Source: Solirubrobacteraceae bacterium (GTDB taxonomy: Bacteria > Actinomycetota > Thermoleophilia > Solirubrobacterales > Solirubrobacteraceae). Taken from it: a stretch of DNA of 64,000 nucleotides. A program made the position numbers and the translations under genes. The notes under the pieces are model-generated. The model saw only the letters and a list, made by a program, of their open reading frames with translations. It ran no database searches and had not been told where the DNA came from. The stretch's first letter is position 1, and the number at the start of each line of letters is the position of its first letter. This document shows positions 48,097 to 57,883 of the stretch, in pieces. Location: NCBI GenBank assembly GCA_035632775.1, contig DASQGE010000014.1:13705-77704 (forward strand), read 5' to 3'.

Positions 48097-49682
48097 CGGG
48101 CCTGGTATTCGGCCAGCAGCTGCTCCTCCTGCTCGGGGCGCGGAAACAGGAAGAAGACGATCGCCGCGCCGATCAGGACGGCGATGATCCCGGCGCTGTA
48201 GGCCCAGTCGGCCCCTGACAGGAACGAGGACTTCGCCGCGGCGATGATCTGGGAGGAGTAGGCGGGGTAGTGCTGCGCGGTGGCGGCCGCGCTGGAGAAG
48301 GACTTCTCCAGTTCGGTGGTCACGGTGTTGGTGATCCGAGCCTTGTTCGGGGCGGCGGCGATCGAGACCGCGACCGCGGAGGCGTAGCCGGCCGTGAGCA
48401 GGGCGCCGAGGATCGACTGCATGATCGCGCCGCCGAGGTCGCGCTGCAGGTCGGCTGTGCCGGACGCCATGCCGGCGCGCTTGACCGGCACCGAGCCGGT
48501 CAGCGAGTGCGAGGCCGGGGTGCCGGCGAACCCGACGCCGATCCCGACGAACACGTAGCCGAGACCGACCTTCCAGTAGGAGATGTGGTCTTCCCACAAG
48601 AGCAGCATCGTCAGGAAGCCGAGCAGGCAGAAGAAGTATCCGGTGAGCAGCGTGAAGCGCGAGCCGCGCGCCTCCACCAGCTTGGCCGAGCGCGGGGCGA
48701 TCAGCACCATGAACACGGCGGCGGGCAGGATCGCGGCCCCGGCGTCGAGGGTCGAGTAGCCGAGCACGTTCTGCAGGAACTGCTGACCGACGAACATCGC
48801 GCCCATCAGCGACCCGAAGACGATGATCCCGGCGCAGGCGGCCACCCAGAAGATCCGGCGAGAAGCGATGTGGAGGTCATACAGCGGGTTGCGAGCCCGC
48901 AGCTGGCGGACGACGAACGCGATCACCGCGGCCGCGGCGACGAGCGCCAGCGCGAGGACCAGGGTGCCCTCGTCGGGCACCGGCGCGAAGTTGATGGCGA
49001 GGATCAGCGCCGCCACGAACACGACCGAGAGGACGCCGCCGAGGTTGTCGAGGGGGCTGTCGGTCTCGTTGACGTGGCTGGGAACGTAGCGCAGCGCCAT
49101 CACCAGCGCGACCGCCGCGAGCGGCAGCGTGATCAGGAAGACCGAGCCCCAGGCGAAGTGCTCGAGCAGCGCGCCCGAGATCAGCGGGCCGAGCGAGGAG
49201 ATCGCGCCGCCGATGCCCGACCACAGCGCGATCGAGCGCGTGCGCGCCGGCCCGGACCACAGCGCGGTGATCAGGGCGAGCGTCGTCGGGAACGCCATGC
49301 CCGCCGAGAATCCGCCGAGCAGGCGCCCCGCGATCAGCACGCCGATCGAGCCCGCGAACGCCGCCAGCAGGCACGCGGGGATCGACAGGAGCATGCCGAG
49401 CACGAGCATCGTCTTGCGCCCGTAGCGGTCGCCGAGCGCGCCGAGGTAGAGCACGGACGCGGCGAGGCCCAGCGAGTAGCAGACCGCGACCAGGTCGAGG
49501 CCGGTCTGGGAGGCGTCGAAGGCCTTGCCGATCGACGGCAGCGCGACGTTGGCGACCGCGAGGTTCAGGTTGGCGACCGCCGCGACGAGGATCAGCGAGG
49601 CCAGGACCAGCGCCTGACGCGCCGGCGCCGTCGAAGCGACGCCGGCGTCGCGGCCGTCCGCCGGCGCGGCGGCCGCGCTCAT
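48069..49682 (-). CDS. MFS transporter (DHA2, 14-TMS type)
   Basis: NLAVANVALPSI, GALGDRYGRK, GPLISG.LLE...WGSVFLI.LP. Confidence 0.9.
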   Translation of the reverse strand: MSAAAAPADGRDAGVASTAPARQALVLASLILVAAVANLNLAVANVALPSIGKAFDASQTGLDLVAVCYSLGLAASVLYLGALGDRYGRKTMLVLGMLLSIPACLLAAFAGSIGVLIAGRLLGGFSAGMAFPTTLALITALWSGPARTRSIALWSGIGGAISSLGPLISGALLEHFAWGSVFLITLPLAAVALVMALRYVPSHVNETDSPLDNLGGVLSVVFVAALILAINFAPVPDEGTLVLALALVAAAAVIAFVVRQLRARNPLYDLHIASRRIFWVAACAGIIVFGSLMGAMFVGQQFLQNVLGYSTLDAGAAILPAAVFMVLIAPRSAKLVEARGSRFTLLTGYFFCLLGFLTMLLLWEDHISYWKVGLGYVFVGIGVGFAGTPASHSLTGSVPVKRAGMASGTADLQRDLGGAIMQSILGALLTAGYASAVAVSIAAAPNKARITNTVTTELEKSFSSAAATAQHYPAYSSQIIAAAKSSFLSGADWAYSAGIIAVLIGAAIVFFLFPRPEQEEQLLAEYQARDTTGRALV

Positions 49683-49742
49683 GGCTGTGTCCCGATTTCG
49701 AGGGCCACCGACACCGTCACGATCGCAGCCGTCGCGGAAGGG

Positions 49743-51176
49743 TCAACGCGAAAGCAGCTCGCGCTTGGCCGCGGCGAACTCCTCGTCGCTCAGCGATCCG
49801 GCGGAGTGCAGCGCGGTCAGGCGCTCGAGCCGATCGACTGGATCGCCCGCTGCACCAGGACCGCGCTCGCCCCCGCGATGGGCGACGCCGGCGCGCAGGC
49901 TGGCGCCGCCCCGCGCCAGCGACTCCCGCACGCCCGTCATCCCACGACGTACCGCGTCCATCCCGCCGACGTACTGGGCGTCGGGGAATTCGACCGCGGT
50001 CTGACGGCGCAGCATCTGGACGCCGAACAGCGCCAGCACCGTGATGAGCAGGATTCCGGTCAGTTTCTGGGTCGCCACGATCGGCCCCCAGGCGAACAGG
50101 ATCAGCAGCGCCACCGCGGCCACCCCGAACGTGATGTCGGGCCGATCGCGCAGATACGGGGCCAGCGACCTGCGCGTCGCGGTCGCCCAGCGCGAGCGCC
50201 CGCCGAGCAGGCCGGCGAGCACGACCGGCACGCCGATGAAGATCAGCGCGACGGCGACGTCGACGAGGACGCTCGTGCCGATCGACCACGCCGCGCTCGC
50301 CGCCGGACGCACCGCTTCGGTGGTGGCCAGCGTATCCACCACCTGGGCGCCGACGATCGAGCGGGCGATCAGCGCCACGAGGCCGGCTCCGATGCACACG
50401 AAGCCGACGTTTACCAGCGTGCGGCTGCGCCGCCCACGCGCCAGGCCGATCGCGGCCGCGAACAGGAGCAGCACGAGCAGTGGCAGCACGATCGCCAGGC
50501 CCCTCAGCACCCGCGCGGCCGTCTGCATCGCGTGAAGCGCCTTGGAGTCGATGATCTTGATATGCGCGATGTTCGGCGGAATTTTTTCGGCGGTGGACGC
50601 AGGCGCGCCGAGCCGCTGGGCGAGGTCGGCGACGATCGGCCTCAGGTCGAGGACCACCGCGCCGCCGCCCGGGGTCGTGATCACCTTGCCCTTGTTCTCG
50701 ACCAGGTCGACGAACTGCTTGTGGGTGACCTCGTTGGCGGTCCGCCACAGCTGCTGGACCCGCGGACGTCCCAGGGCGAGGACGATCCCTTTTTCGACGA
50801 GGCTTCGCAGCCCCCCGGCCGCGGGTCCGGCGAGCGGCTTCAGTTCCTTGGGCAGGCCCGCGCGTATTTCTCCGGCGACGTCGACGTTCGCGTACAGCTG
50901 GTCGGTCAGATACGACGAGAGCTGTTCCTGGATGGCGCTGTTCTCCAGGAGCTTGGTGTTGGTTTCGGTCCAGTAGGAGGTGTCGAGCAGCTGGCGGTTG
51001 GCCCACACGGCGAAGATGCCGACGACGCTCAGCACCGTGGCGAGCGCCAGCATCGATCTCACCAGCCATCGGTGCGAGCCGCGCGAGCTTGGCTGCTGCG
51101 GACCTTTGGGCGGTCCCGTCGACACGGCCGTGGGCGCTCCCGCGTCAGGGGTGTGTTTCGGGGCCTCGCCGTTCAT
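49743..51176 (-). CDS. Multi-pass membrane protein with C-terminal SHOCT domain
   Basis: N-terminal TM, periplasmic helical region, about 6 TM, and C-terminal DPVDRLERLTALHSAGSLSDEEFAAAKRELL (SHOCT). Confidence 0.8.
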   Translation of the reverse strand: MNGEAPKHTPDAGAPTAVSTGPPKGPQQPSSRGSHRWLVRSMLALATVLSVVGIFAVWANRQLLDTSYWTETNTKLLENSAIQEQLSSYLTDQLYANVDVAGEIRAGLPKELKPLAGPAAGGLRSLVEKGIVLALGRPRVQQLWRTANEVTHKQFVDLVENKGKVITTPGGGAVVLDLRPIVADLAQRLGAPASTAEKIPPNIAHIKIIDSKALHAMQTAARVLRGLAIVLPLLVLLLFAAAIGLARGRRSRTLVNVGFVCIGAGLVALIARSIVGAQVVDTLATTEAVRPAASAAWSIGTSVLVDVAVALIFIGVPVVLAGLLGGRSRWATATRRSLAPYLRDRPDITFGVAAVALLILFAWGPIVATQKLTGILLITVLALFGVQMLRRQTAVEFPDAQYVGGMDAVRRGMTGVRESLARGGASLRAGVAHRGGERGPGAAGDPVDRLERLTALHSAGSLSDEEFAAAKRELLSR

Positions 51177-51358
51177 CGCCTGGGCGCTCCTGTCGGAGGC
51201 ATGAGCGCTCCGATTATCCAGAACAGGGGAATGAAGATCCCGATCAGGAACATGATCCAGTGGCCCTTTTTGATCGAGGTGATTCCGAGCACCAGCAACA
51301 GGACGACGTACAGGACTCCCAACCCGAGCCCCAGCGACGTGGAAATGGCGAGCGGCAT
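51173..51358 (-). CDS. Small 2-TM membrane protein
   Basis: LYVVLLLVLGITSIKKGHWIMFLIGIFIPLFWIIGA; ATGA-type overlap with the downstream gene. Confidence 0.7.
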   Translation of the reverse strand: MPLAISTSLGLGLGVLYVVLLLVLGITSIKKGHWIMFLIGIFIPLFWIIGALMPPTGAPRR

Positions 51359-51510
51359 CTGATCGTTCACCTCATCTGCGCCGGATCGGCTGCATTCGAC
51401 CGGCCCGAGCCAGGCGCCCCGGACCGCCAGGCGACGGGGGACGCTTTTCGCGCCCCCGCGCCCGACGATGCCGATCGCATGATCACCGCAAGCCTCGAGC
51501 AGGCCGTGCT

Positions 51511-51936
51511 CTACGCCAGCTGCCGGCCTCCGTACGCAGCCAGGCCGTAGATGATCAGGATGTCGATCGAGAAGATCGCAAGCGACCAGAACGGATAGGC
51601 CGGTATCGACAAGAGCGCGCCGATCGAGCTGAGGCCCGCGACGAAGATGCCGAACCAGCGCCCGAACCCGCCGCCGGCCCAGATCGAGAAGGCGGCGACG
51701 ATCTCCAGTGCGCCCAGGACGATCGTCACCCAGCCCCAGGTGTTGAGATCGCTGAGGATGTATTGGGTTTCGTGAATGAAGAACTTCGAGTCGTCGACCG
51801 CGGCGATGCCGTAGATCACGTTCAGCGTACCGGCGATCATGAGCATGATCCCGGCGAACATGACCCAGCCGACGCCGGTTTCGTCCCCATTCACCCGCGT
51901 GCCCCCGGGTGCGTTGTGCGTTCCCGTCGCAGCCAT
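51511..51936 (-). CDS. 4-TM actinobacterial membrane protein (DUF7144-like)
   Basis: GWVMFAGIML.IAG..N.IYGIAA, DLNTWGW..IVLG, WARxFGI-like segment and YPFWS..I..ID..IIYGL. Confidence 0.78.
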   Translation of the reverse strand: MAATGTHNAPGGTRVNGDETGVGWVMFAGIMLMIAGTLNVIYGIAAVDDSKFFIHETQYILSDLNTWGWVTIVLGALEIVAAFSIWAGGGFGRWFGIFVAGLSSIGALLSIPAYPFWSLAIFSIDILIIYGLAAYGGRQLA

Positions 51937-52212
51937 GCCTCGCTCCTTTCAGCGTTGTTCGAGCTCACCGCAGGTTCGGCCTCAGGCGGTGCAGGTCCTG
52001 CCACGGACCCCTACTGCCGCCGAAACGGGCGGAACCAGGCCGGTGAGTCAGCCGAGCCTACGCGTCCCCCGACGACGCGCCATCGGGGCTCAGTACCCCC
52101 GGTGCTGTGGTTTTCTACGTACGCGGCGGCTCCCGAGCTCGTCGAGGGACAGACGACCGCGACGCTCGGCGTGCGAGGCCGACGGCGCTGATCGTTCTGT
52201 TAGTTTGGCGCG

Positions 52213-53829
52213 GTGGCGAACACGACGGATCGCCGGGTGGAGGCGGCCGGGATCGTCCTTCCGACCCTGGCGGCGGGCCAGTTCCTGATGACCCTCGACA
52301 GTTCTGTCATGAACGTGTCGATCGCGACGGTCGCCAAGGATGTGGACACGACCGTAACGGGAATCCAGACGGCGATCACGTTCTACACGCTCGTGATGGC
52401 GTCGCTGATGATCACCGGCGGAAAGATCGGCCAGATCATCGGCCGTAAGCGTGCCTTCGCGATCGGATGCGCGATCTACGGCTGCGGGTCGTTCATCACC
52501 GCGGTCTCGCCGAGTCTCGGCGTGTTGATGTTCGGCTGGTCGCTCCTGGAGGGCGTCGGCGCCGCGCTGATCCTGCCCGCGATCGTCGCGCTCGTCGCGT
52601 CCAACTTCGCACGCGCGGAGCGACCACGCGCATATGGACTGGTGGCCTCGGCCGGCGCCATCGCGGTGGCGGCCGGTCCCCTCATCGGCGGGCTCTTCAC
52701 GACCTACCTCTCGTGGCGCTGGGTGTTCGCGGGCGAGGTCCTGATCGTGCTCGCGATCCTCGCCCTCACCCGCCGCATGGCCGACGCGACGCCCGAGACG
52801 CGAGCGCGGCTCGACCTGGTGGGAACCGCGACCTCGGCGCTCGGCCTGGGATTGATCGTGTTCGGAGTCCTGCGCTCGGGAGCGTGGGGGTTCGTCCAGC
52901 CCAAGCCAGGCGCCCCCGAATGGCTCGGCCTGTCCCCGGCGATCTGGCTGATGCTCGCCGGCGGGATCGTCGTATGGCTCTTTCTCCGATGGGAGAGCCG
53001 GCAGCTGACTCGGGGCGCCGAGCCGCTGGTCGACCCGGCAATCCTGCGGAACCCGACGCTGCGGGGCGGCCTGACCTCGTTCTTCTTCCAGTACTTCTTG
53101 CAGGCTGGACTGTTCTTCGCGGTGCCCCTGTTCCTGTCGGTCGCGCTCGGCCTGTCCGCGATCGAAACCGGCGTCCGGCTGCTGCCGCTCTCGATCACGC
53201 TCCTGTTGGCCGCCGCGGGCATCCCGAAGGCATTCCCCGACGCGTCGCCGCGCAGTGTCGTCCAGCTCGGCTTCCTCGCGCTCTTCGCCGGTATCGTGGC
53301 GATGGTGGCCGCGCTCGACGCGGGCGCCGGCCCCGAGATCGTGACCGGGCCGATGCTGCTCGCGGGCTTGGGTGTCGGGGCGTTGGCTTCGCAGCTCGGG
53401 AGCGTCACCGTGTCGTCGGTCGCAGACGAGCAGAGCGGCGAGGTGGGCGGACTCCAGAACACCGTCACCAACCTCGGCGCGTCGATCGGCACCGCGCTGG
53501 CCGGCGCGGTGCTGATCGCCACCCTGACCACGTCGTTCCTGACGGGCGTTCAGCAGAACCCCGCGGTGCCGGCCGAGGTCAAATCCAAGGCCACGCCGGT
53601 CGAGCTGGCCGGCGGTGTCCCTTTCGTCTCTGACGCGGATTTGAAAACCGCGCTCGACGAGGCCGGGGTGCCCCCGAAGACGGCCGATGCGATCGTCGCC
53701 GAGAACGAAACCGCGCGCCTCGACGGGCTGCGCTCGTCGCTGTCGGTGCTGGCCGTCATCGCCCTGATCGCGCTCCTCTTCAGTCGCCGGATCCCGACCG
53801 AGCAGCCCGCTTCAGCGCAGCCGACCTGA
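52213..53829 (+). CDS. MFS transporter (DHA2, 14-TMS type)
   Basis: MTLDSSVMNVSI, GGKIG.IIGRKR, GPLIGG..T.YLSWRWVF; TAGTTT -10 box 6 nt before GTG. Confidence 0.9.
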   Translation: MANTTDRRVEAAGIVLPTLAAGQFLMTLDSSVMNVSIATVAKDVDTTVTGIQTAITFYTLVMASLMITGGKIGQIIGRKRAFAIGCAIYGCGSFITAVSPSLGVLMFGWSLLEGVGAALILPAIVALVASNFARAERPRAYGLVASAGAIAVAAGPLIGGLFTTYLSWRWVFAGEVLIVLAILALTRRMADATPETRARLDLVGTATSALGLGLIVFGVLRSGAWGFVQPKPGAPEWLGLSPAIWLMLAGGIVVWLFLRWESRQLTRGAEPLVDPAILRNPTLRGGLTSFFFQYFLQAGLFFAVPLFLSVALGLSAIETGVRLLPLSITLLLAAAGIPKAFPDASPRSVVQLGFLALFAGIVAMVAALDAGAGPEIVTGPMLLAGLGVGALASQLGSVTVSSVADEQSGEVGGLQNTVTNLGASIGTALAGAVLIATLTTSFLTGVQQNPAVPAEVKSKATPVELAGGVPFVSDADLKTALDEAGVPPKTADAIVAENETARLDGLRSSLSVLAVIALIALLFSRRIPTEQPASAQPT

Positions 53830-53890
53830 TCTCGCCGAGCAGACCCCGCAGCCGCCGATCGATCGTCTCCGCCGGTCTGGGCGAGCGCTC

Positions 53891-54502
53891 CTATGCCGCG
53901 GGCGCGGTCGGACCGGCCGCCGTCGATATGGCCTGATCGTGCTCGAGAGCGCGCAGCACGAACGCGATCACGACGAGCGCCAGACCGCGCACGATCAGCA
54001 CGATGCCGAGCACGATCGCGAGCGTCGTGATCCCGAATTTCGGCCACGACACGATCACGATCCCCAGCGCCAGATCGACCAGCGCGGCAAGCACGAGCCA
54101 GCCACGGCCCTCGCTCGCCTCCACTGCGCCCACGAGGCGCAGCACGCCGGCGAGGATCAGGTAGATGCCGACCGCAAGCGCGACCACGAGCACGCTTTCG
54201 CTCGGGTGGCGCAAGACGATCACCCCGGCGATCACGGCCAAGGCGCCGGCGAGCACTCCGGCGGCCCGCGAGCCGGCCGGCTCGCCGAACGCGGCGACGA
54301 TCAGGAAGATGCCGCCGATCAACAGCTCGATGCCCACCAGCAGCGCGATCACCGTCAGCGTGGGTCCGGGATAGGCGATCACGACGATGCCGCCGACGAT
54401 CGAGACGATCCCGACGACCAGCCCGAGCCACCAGGCACGCGCGGCGCCCTCGATCGTGACCGGGTCCCATTCCGACGCTCGACGCGAGGATGACGCGTTC
54501 AT
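53891..54502 (-). CDS. HdeD/DUF308 family membrane protein
   Basis: WW..LVVGIVSIVGGIVVIAYPG.T, duplicated half structure, GW..L..LVDLALGIVIVSWP; ATG 54502. Confidence 0.85.
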   Translation of the reverse strand: MNASSSRRASEWDPVTIEGAARAWWLGLVVGIVSIVGGIVVIAYPGPTLTVIALLVGIELLIGGIFLIVAAFGEPAGSRAAGVLAGALAVIAGVIVLRHPSESVLVVALAVGIYLILAGVLRLVGAVEASEGRGWLVLAALVDLALGIVIVSWPKFGITTLAIVLGIVLIVRGLALVVIAFVLRALEHDQAISTAAGPTAPAA

Positions 54503-54658
54503 CGCTGCCTCCTGTGCTCGATTCTCCGCCCCCGCACAGCCACGACTCACGGTCCGCGTGCAGGAGACGCTTTCCCTGGCCTCGAGCTGTTCACCATATC
54601 GCTCTGCCGATCGAGCAGCGTCACGAGCCAGCCCTCGCTCGCCTGCGCCCGACCGCAA

Positions 54659-54674
54659 CGAACCGCTCTCCGGC
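54659..54674 (+). repeat. Degenerate direct repeat of the tRNA-Thr 3' end (candidate attR)
   Basis: CGAA-CCGCTCTCCGGC versus tRNA CGAATCCGCTCTCCGGC (40550-40566): 12 bp perfect up to the acceptor end, 16/17 with one gap. Confidence 0.5.
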
Positions 54675-54794
54675 GGGTTTGAGGGGTGGATTCCAAGTCC
54701 GGGCCGCGGTTCGCGCCGGCAAGGGCGAAGTGGCAGCCGGCGCAATCGTCGCAGCCGATCCGATCGCACACCAAATCTAGGAGGAGAGGTACAG

Positions 54795-56111
54795 ATGCGC
54801 ACATCAAAGCTCGCTCCGGCCGCTGCGGCGGCGGCGCTGCTCGTACTGGCTCCTGCGGGCGCTTCGGCTCGCCCCGCGGGTCACAAGCATCCGAGCCCCG
54901 GCGGCAAATGCCGGATCAGCCTGATCGCAGAACCGCACACGATCACAAGCGGCGAATCGGTGGAGGTCTTCGGCCAGCTGCTGTGCGCGCACAGCAGCAC
55001 GGAAGGCCAGACCGTCACCGTCTACGAGCACTCAGCCGGCTCACCGGGCTTCCAGGTCATCGGCACCCCGACCACCGGAGCGGGCGGCGTCTACTCGCTC
55101 GTTCCAGCGGCCATCACGACCGACAGCTTCTTCTATGCGCGCGCCCTCGGCGCCCGCAGCGGAACCAAGGCGGTCAGGGTTGCGCCGGTGGTGACGCTCA
55201 GCGGACCGCCGGAAGGTACGCAGTTGCACACCGGCTTCCTCAACCGTGTGACCTTCTCCGGGACCGTCAACCCCGCCAACCCCGGCGCTGAAGTGGTGCT
55301 TCAACGCGAGAACGCGACGAGCAGCGAAGAATGGCATCAGATCCAGCGTGGTTTCGCGCACGGCGGCGTCTACTCGCTCACGCACACCTTCGTGGTGCCC
55401 GGCGACGCGAACCTGCGGGTGCTCGTGCGCCGGCACGGGGTGTTCACGGTGCGTGGCATATCCAACACGCTCTCCTACGAGATCTCCCAGACGCAGAACC
55501 CCAACCTGACGATCCACTCCTCCGCCGACCCGGTCGGCTACGGATCGCCGATCACGATCAGCGGGGTCCTCGCCGGAGGGGCGGGCAAGACGGTGACGCT
55601 TCGCGCGCACCCGCGCGGGAAGGCATTCGCGACGATCGCGACCACCACCGCCGGCCCAGGCGGCGAATACAAGTTCGTCGAGACGCCGCTGCAGAGCACC
55701 GCCTACCAGGCGACCGGGGGCGGGCTGCACTCCGCGGTGCTGTTCGAGGGCGTCAAATACCTGCTCACGGCCGGGGTCTCCGGAAAAACGGTCCAGTCCG
55801 GCCAGTCGGTGACGTTCGCGGGCACGGTCACGCCCGGCAACGTCGGGAAGGTGGTGTACCTCGAGCGTGAGAACGCCTTCGGCGGCGGCTATCACGTCGT
55901 CGACGCCGCCCTGGTCGCGTCAGGTGGAACGTACTCGATACCGCACTTCGTCTTCGGGGTCGGCAAAGAGGTCTTCCGGGTCAAGGTTCCGGGCGACCCC
56001 TCCAACCAGGCGAGGTCGAGCGCGCCGTTTGCGATCGAAGTGACGCCCGCCCCGCCGGGCTCCCTGAAACCGGTGGCGCAGCCCAAACAGCCCAGCGAAG
56101 GTCAGGTCTAG
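54795..56111 (+). CDS. Secreted protein with about 4 tandem beta-sandwich (Ig-like) repeats
   Basis: Strong RBS GGAGGAG, signal peptide and repeated ITxGxxVxxxGxL / GGxYxF units. Confidence 0.75.
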   Translation: MRTSKLAPAAAAAALLVLAPAGASARPAGHKHPSPGGKCRISLIAEPHTITSGESVEVFGQLLCAHSSTEGQTVTVYEHSAGSPGFQVIGTPTTGAGGVYSLVPAAITTDSFFYARALGARSGTKAVRVAPVVTLSGPPEGTQLHTGFLNRVTFSGTVNPANPGAEVVLQRENATSSEEWHQIQRGFAHGGVYSLTHTFVVPGDANLRVLVRRHGVFTVRGISNTLSYEISQTQNPNLTIHSSADPVGYGSPITISGVLAGGAGKTVTLRAHPRGKAFATIATTTAGPGGEYKFVETPLQSTAYQATGGGLHSAVLFEGVKYLLTAGVSGKTVQSGQSVTFAGTVTPGNVGKVVYLERENAFGGGYHVVDAALVASGGTYSIPHFVFGVGKEVFRVKVPGDPSNQARSSAPFAIEVTPAPPGSLKPVAQPKQPSEGQV

Positions 56112-56133
56112 TCCAAGTCGCCTCCCCGGCGCT

Positions 56134-56161
56134 CTGTGGCCGTCCCCCGGGGCGGCCACAG
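56134..56161. terminator. Hairpin between convergent genes
   Basis: CTGTGGCCG-TCCCCCGGGG-CGGCCACAG. Confidence 0.5.
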
Positions 56162-56284
56162 GCGTGTGGGTCCAGCGCACGCGCGCCCCGCAAACCGGAA
56201 GGCGCGGGCCACTCACCTCGCGCCTGCCGGCCCCAGCGGATCAGGCTCGGGCGGCCCGGCCGGCAGGCGTCTCGGGGTCCAGGC

Positions 56285-56935
56285 TCAGGCTGCGACGGCG
56301 CGCGCCTGCAGGTGCGCGCCGACCTTGCGCTTTACGCGCTGCAGGGCGTTGTCGACCGTCTTCGTGTCACAATCGAGCCGCTCTCCGACCTGCTCGTAGG
56401 AGCAGCCGTCGAGATACAGCGACAGCACACGGCTCTCGAGCTCCGAGAGCGCGGTCGACAGGCAGGCCACGAGCGAGCGCAGCTCCTCGGATGAGATGAC
56501 CTGGTTGACGGGGTCGTGCACGCTCGGCCCCGGCAGCATCTGATCGAGCGTCGGCGCGTCGTCGCCGGCGGCAGCGGGGGTGGAGGAGAACGAGACGTAC
56601 TGGTTCAGCGGCGTGTGCTTGTTGCGCGTGGCGGTCTTGACCGCGGTGATGATCTGGCGCGTGATGCACAGCTCGGCGAAGTTGCGGAAGCTCGACTCGC
56701 GGTCGGAGCGGAAGTCGCGGATGGCCTTGTAGAGGCCGACGAGCCCCTCCTGGATGAGGTCGTCGGAGTCGCCGCCCGCCAGGAAGTACGACGAGGCCTT
56801 CAGGCGCACGAACCCGTGGTAGCGCTTGACGAGACGGTCGTACGCAGCGCGATCGCCCTGCTTGGCGAGCGCGATCAGGAACATATCCTCGACCTTGACT
56901 TCAGGGTTAGCGTTGCGGGGGATTCTCAGTGCCAC
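56285..56935 (-). CDS. sigH: Bacillus/Clostridium-type SigH (Spo0H) sigma factor
   Basis: KASSYFLAGGDSDDLIQEGLVGLYKAIRDF, SFRNFAELCITRQIITAVKTATRNKH.PLN.YVS and DNALQRVKRK; AAGGA RBS before GTG 56935; follows rlmB. Confidence 0.9.
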   Translation of the reverse strand: MALRIPRNANPEVKVEDMFLIALAKQGDRAAYDRLVKRYHGFVRLKASSYFLAGGDSDDLIQEGLVGLYKAIRDFRSDRESSFRNFAELCITRQIITAVKTATRNKHTPLNQYVSFSSTPAAAGDDAPTLDQMLPGPSVHDPVNQVISSEELRSLVACLSTALSELESRVLSLYLDGCSYEQVGERLDCDTKTVDNALQRVKRKVGAHLQARAVAA

Positions 56936-57080
56936 GAGCAGATCCTTTCTCGGGTCGTCCCTGCCGGCGGACGCCCGAATTTGCTCAGTGGCGCACTCCT
57001 CCCCTGGCGCCAATGCTTGATATCTGAACCTGAAGTTCAGCGTTATGTGTGCGCGAGGTTCGCACAGTTGTGGAGCGTTG

Positions 57081-57785
57081 TCAAGAGCGGCGCTCGCGAT
57101 TCTGCAAGATCTCGTACAGAACGGCCGCGGCAGCGGCGGCCACTCCGAGCGACTCGACCCGGCCGCGCAGGGGCAGCGCGATCAGCTCGTCGCACGCCTT
57201 CGCCACCCGTGGGCGCAGTCCGCGGCCCTCGCTGCCGAGCACCAGCACGACCCCGGCGCCGCGATACTCGGGGGCGTCGTAGCCGATCGCCGCCGTGGCG
57301 CTGGCCCCGTAGCACCAGCACCCGGCCTTGCGCGCCTGCCCCAGGAAGTCGGCGATGTTGCGCACCTTCGCCACCTTCAGGTGCTCGACCGCGCCGGCCG
57401 AGGCCTTGCACGCCGCGGGAGTCACCTCGGCCGCGCGCCGCTCTCCGATCGCCACGCCCGCGGCGCCCGCACACTCGGCGGTGCGGCAGATCGAGCCGAG
57501 GTTCTGCGGGTCCTGCACCTCGTCCAGGGCCACGACGAGCGGTTCGGGTCCGGCCAGCAGCTCCTCGCCGGACACATACGGGTATCCGCCGGCCTCGGCG
57601 CACACGCCCTGATGGCCGGCAGAGCCGCAGCGACGCTCGATCTCGGCGGCCGAGCTCAGCCGCAGCGGAGCATCTGACAGCCACGGCTCCCGCGCGGCCC
57701 CCTGCGTGGCCCACACCTCGCCGACGCTCTTCGCCCGGCGGCCCCGCATCGCCTCGCGGACGGCGTTGCGGCCGTAGACGATCAC
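57081..57785 (-). CDS. rlmB: 23S rRNA Gm2251 methyltransferase (TrmH/SpoU family)
   Basis: YGRNAVRE, HQGV.A, LDEVQDPQNLGSI.RTAE..G, GSEGRGL and SLGVAAAAAAVLYE. Confidence 0.93.
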   Translation of the reverse strand: MIVYGRNAVREAMRGRRAKSVGEVWATQGAAREPWLSDAPLRLSSAAEIERRCGSAGHQGVCAEAGGYPYVSGEELLAGPEPLVVALDEVQDPQNLGSICRTAECAGAAGVAIGERRAAEVTPAACKASAGAVEHLKVAKVRNIADFLGQARKAGCWCYGASATAAIGYDAPEYRGAGVVLVLGSEGRGLRPRVAKACDELIALPLRGRVESLGVAAAAAAVLYEILQNRERRS

Positions 57786-57883
57786 GGCGACCCCCCGCGG
57801 ACAGCCTTGTCGAGCCCGAGCGCCTCGTCGAAGCCGAGCGCCTGCTCGGCGTCTTTGCAACCCGGCTTGAGCCAAACGATCAC
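57782..57883 (-). CDS. 33-aa mini-ORF bridging cysS and rlmB with GTGA overlaps at both ends
   Basis: Manual translation VIVWLKPGCKDAEQALGFDEALGLDKAVRGGSP*; flanked by an 11/12-bp direct repeat. Confidence 0.45.
   Translation of the reverse strand: MIVWLKPGCKDAEQALGFDEALGLDKAVRGGSP

Noticed and set aside
48270-51362. 1030-aa + strand ORF and other long ORFs (32286-35219, 17634-19889, 1766-3661)
   Set aside because: Antisense or alternate-frame shadows of well-supported genes, Arg/Ala/Gly-rich and motif-free; expected at about 70% GC.
40567-54674. Active prophage or ICE
   Set aside because: No integrase, relaxase, replication or virion genes; at most a decayed island.
57079-57084. Perfect TTGACA -35 box for sigH
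   Set aside because: It coincides with the rlmB stop codon and has no -10 hexamer at 16-18 nt spacing.
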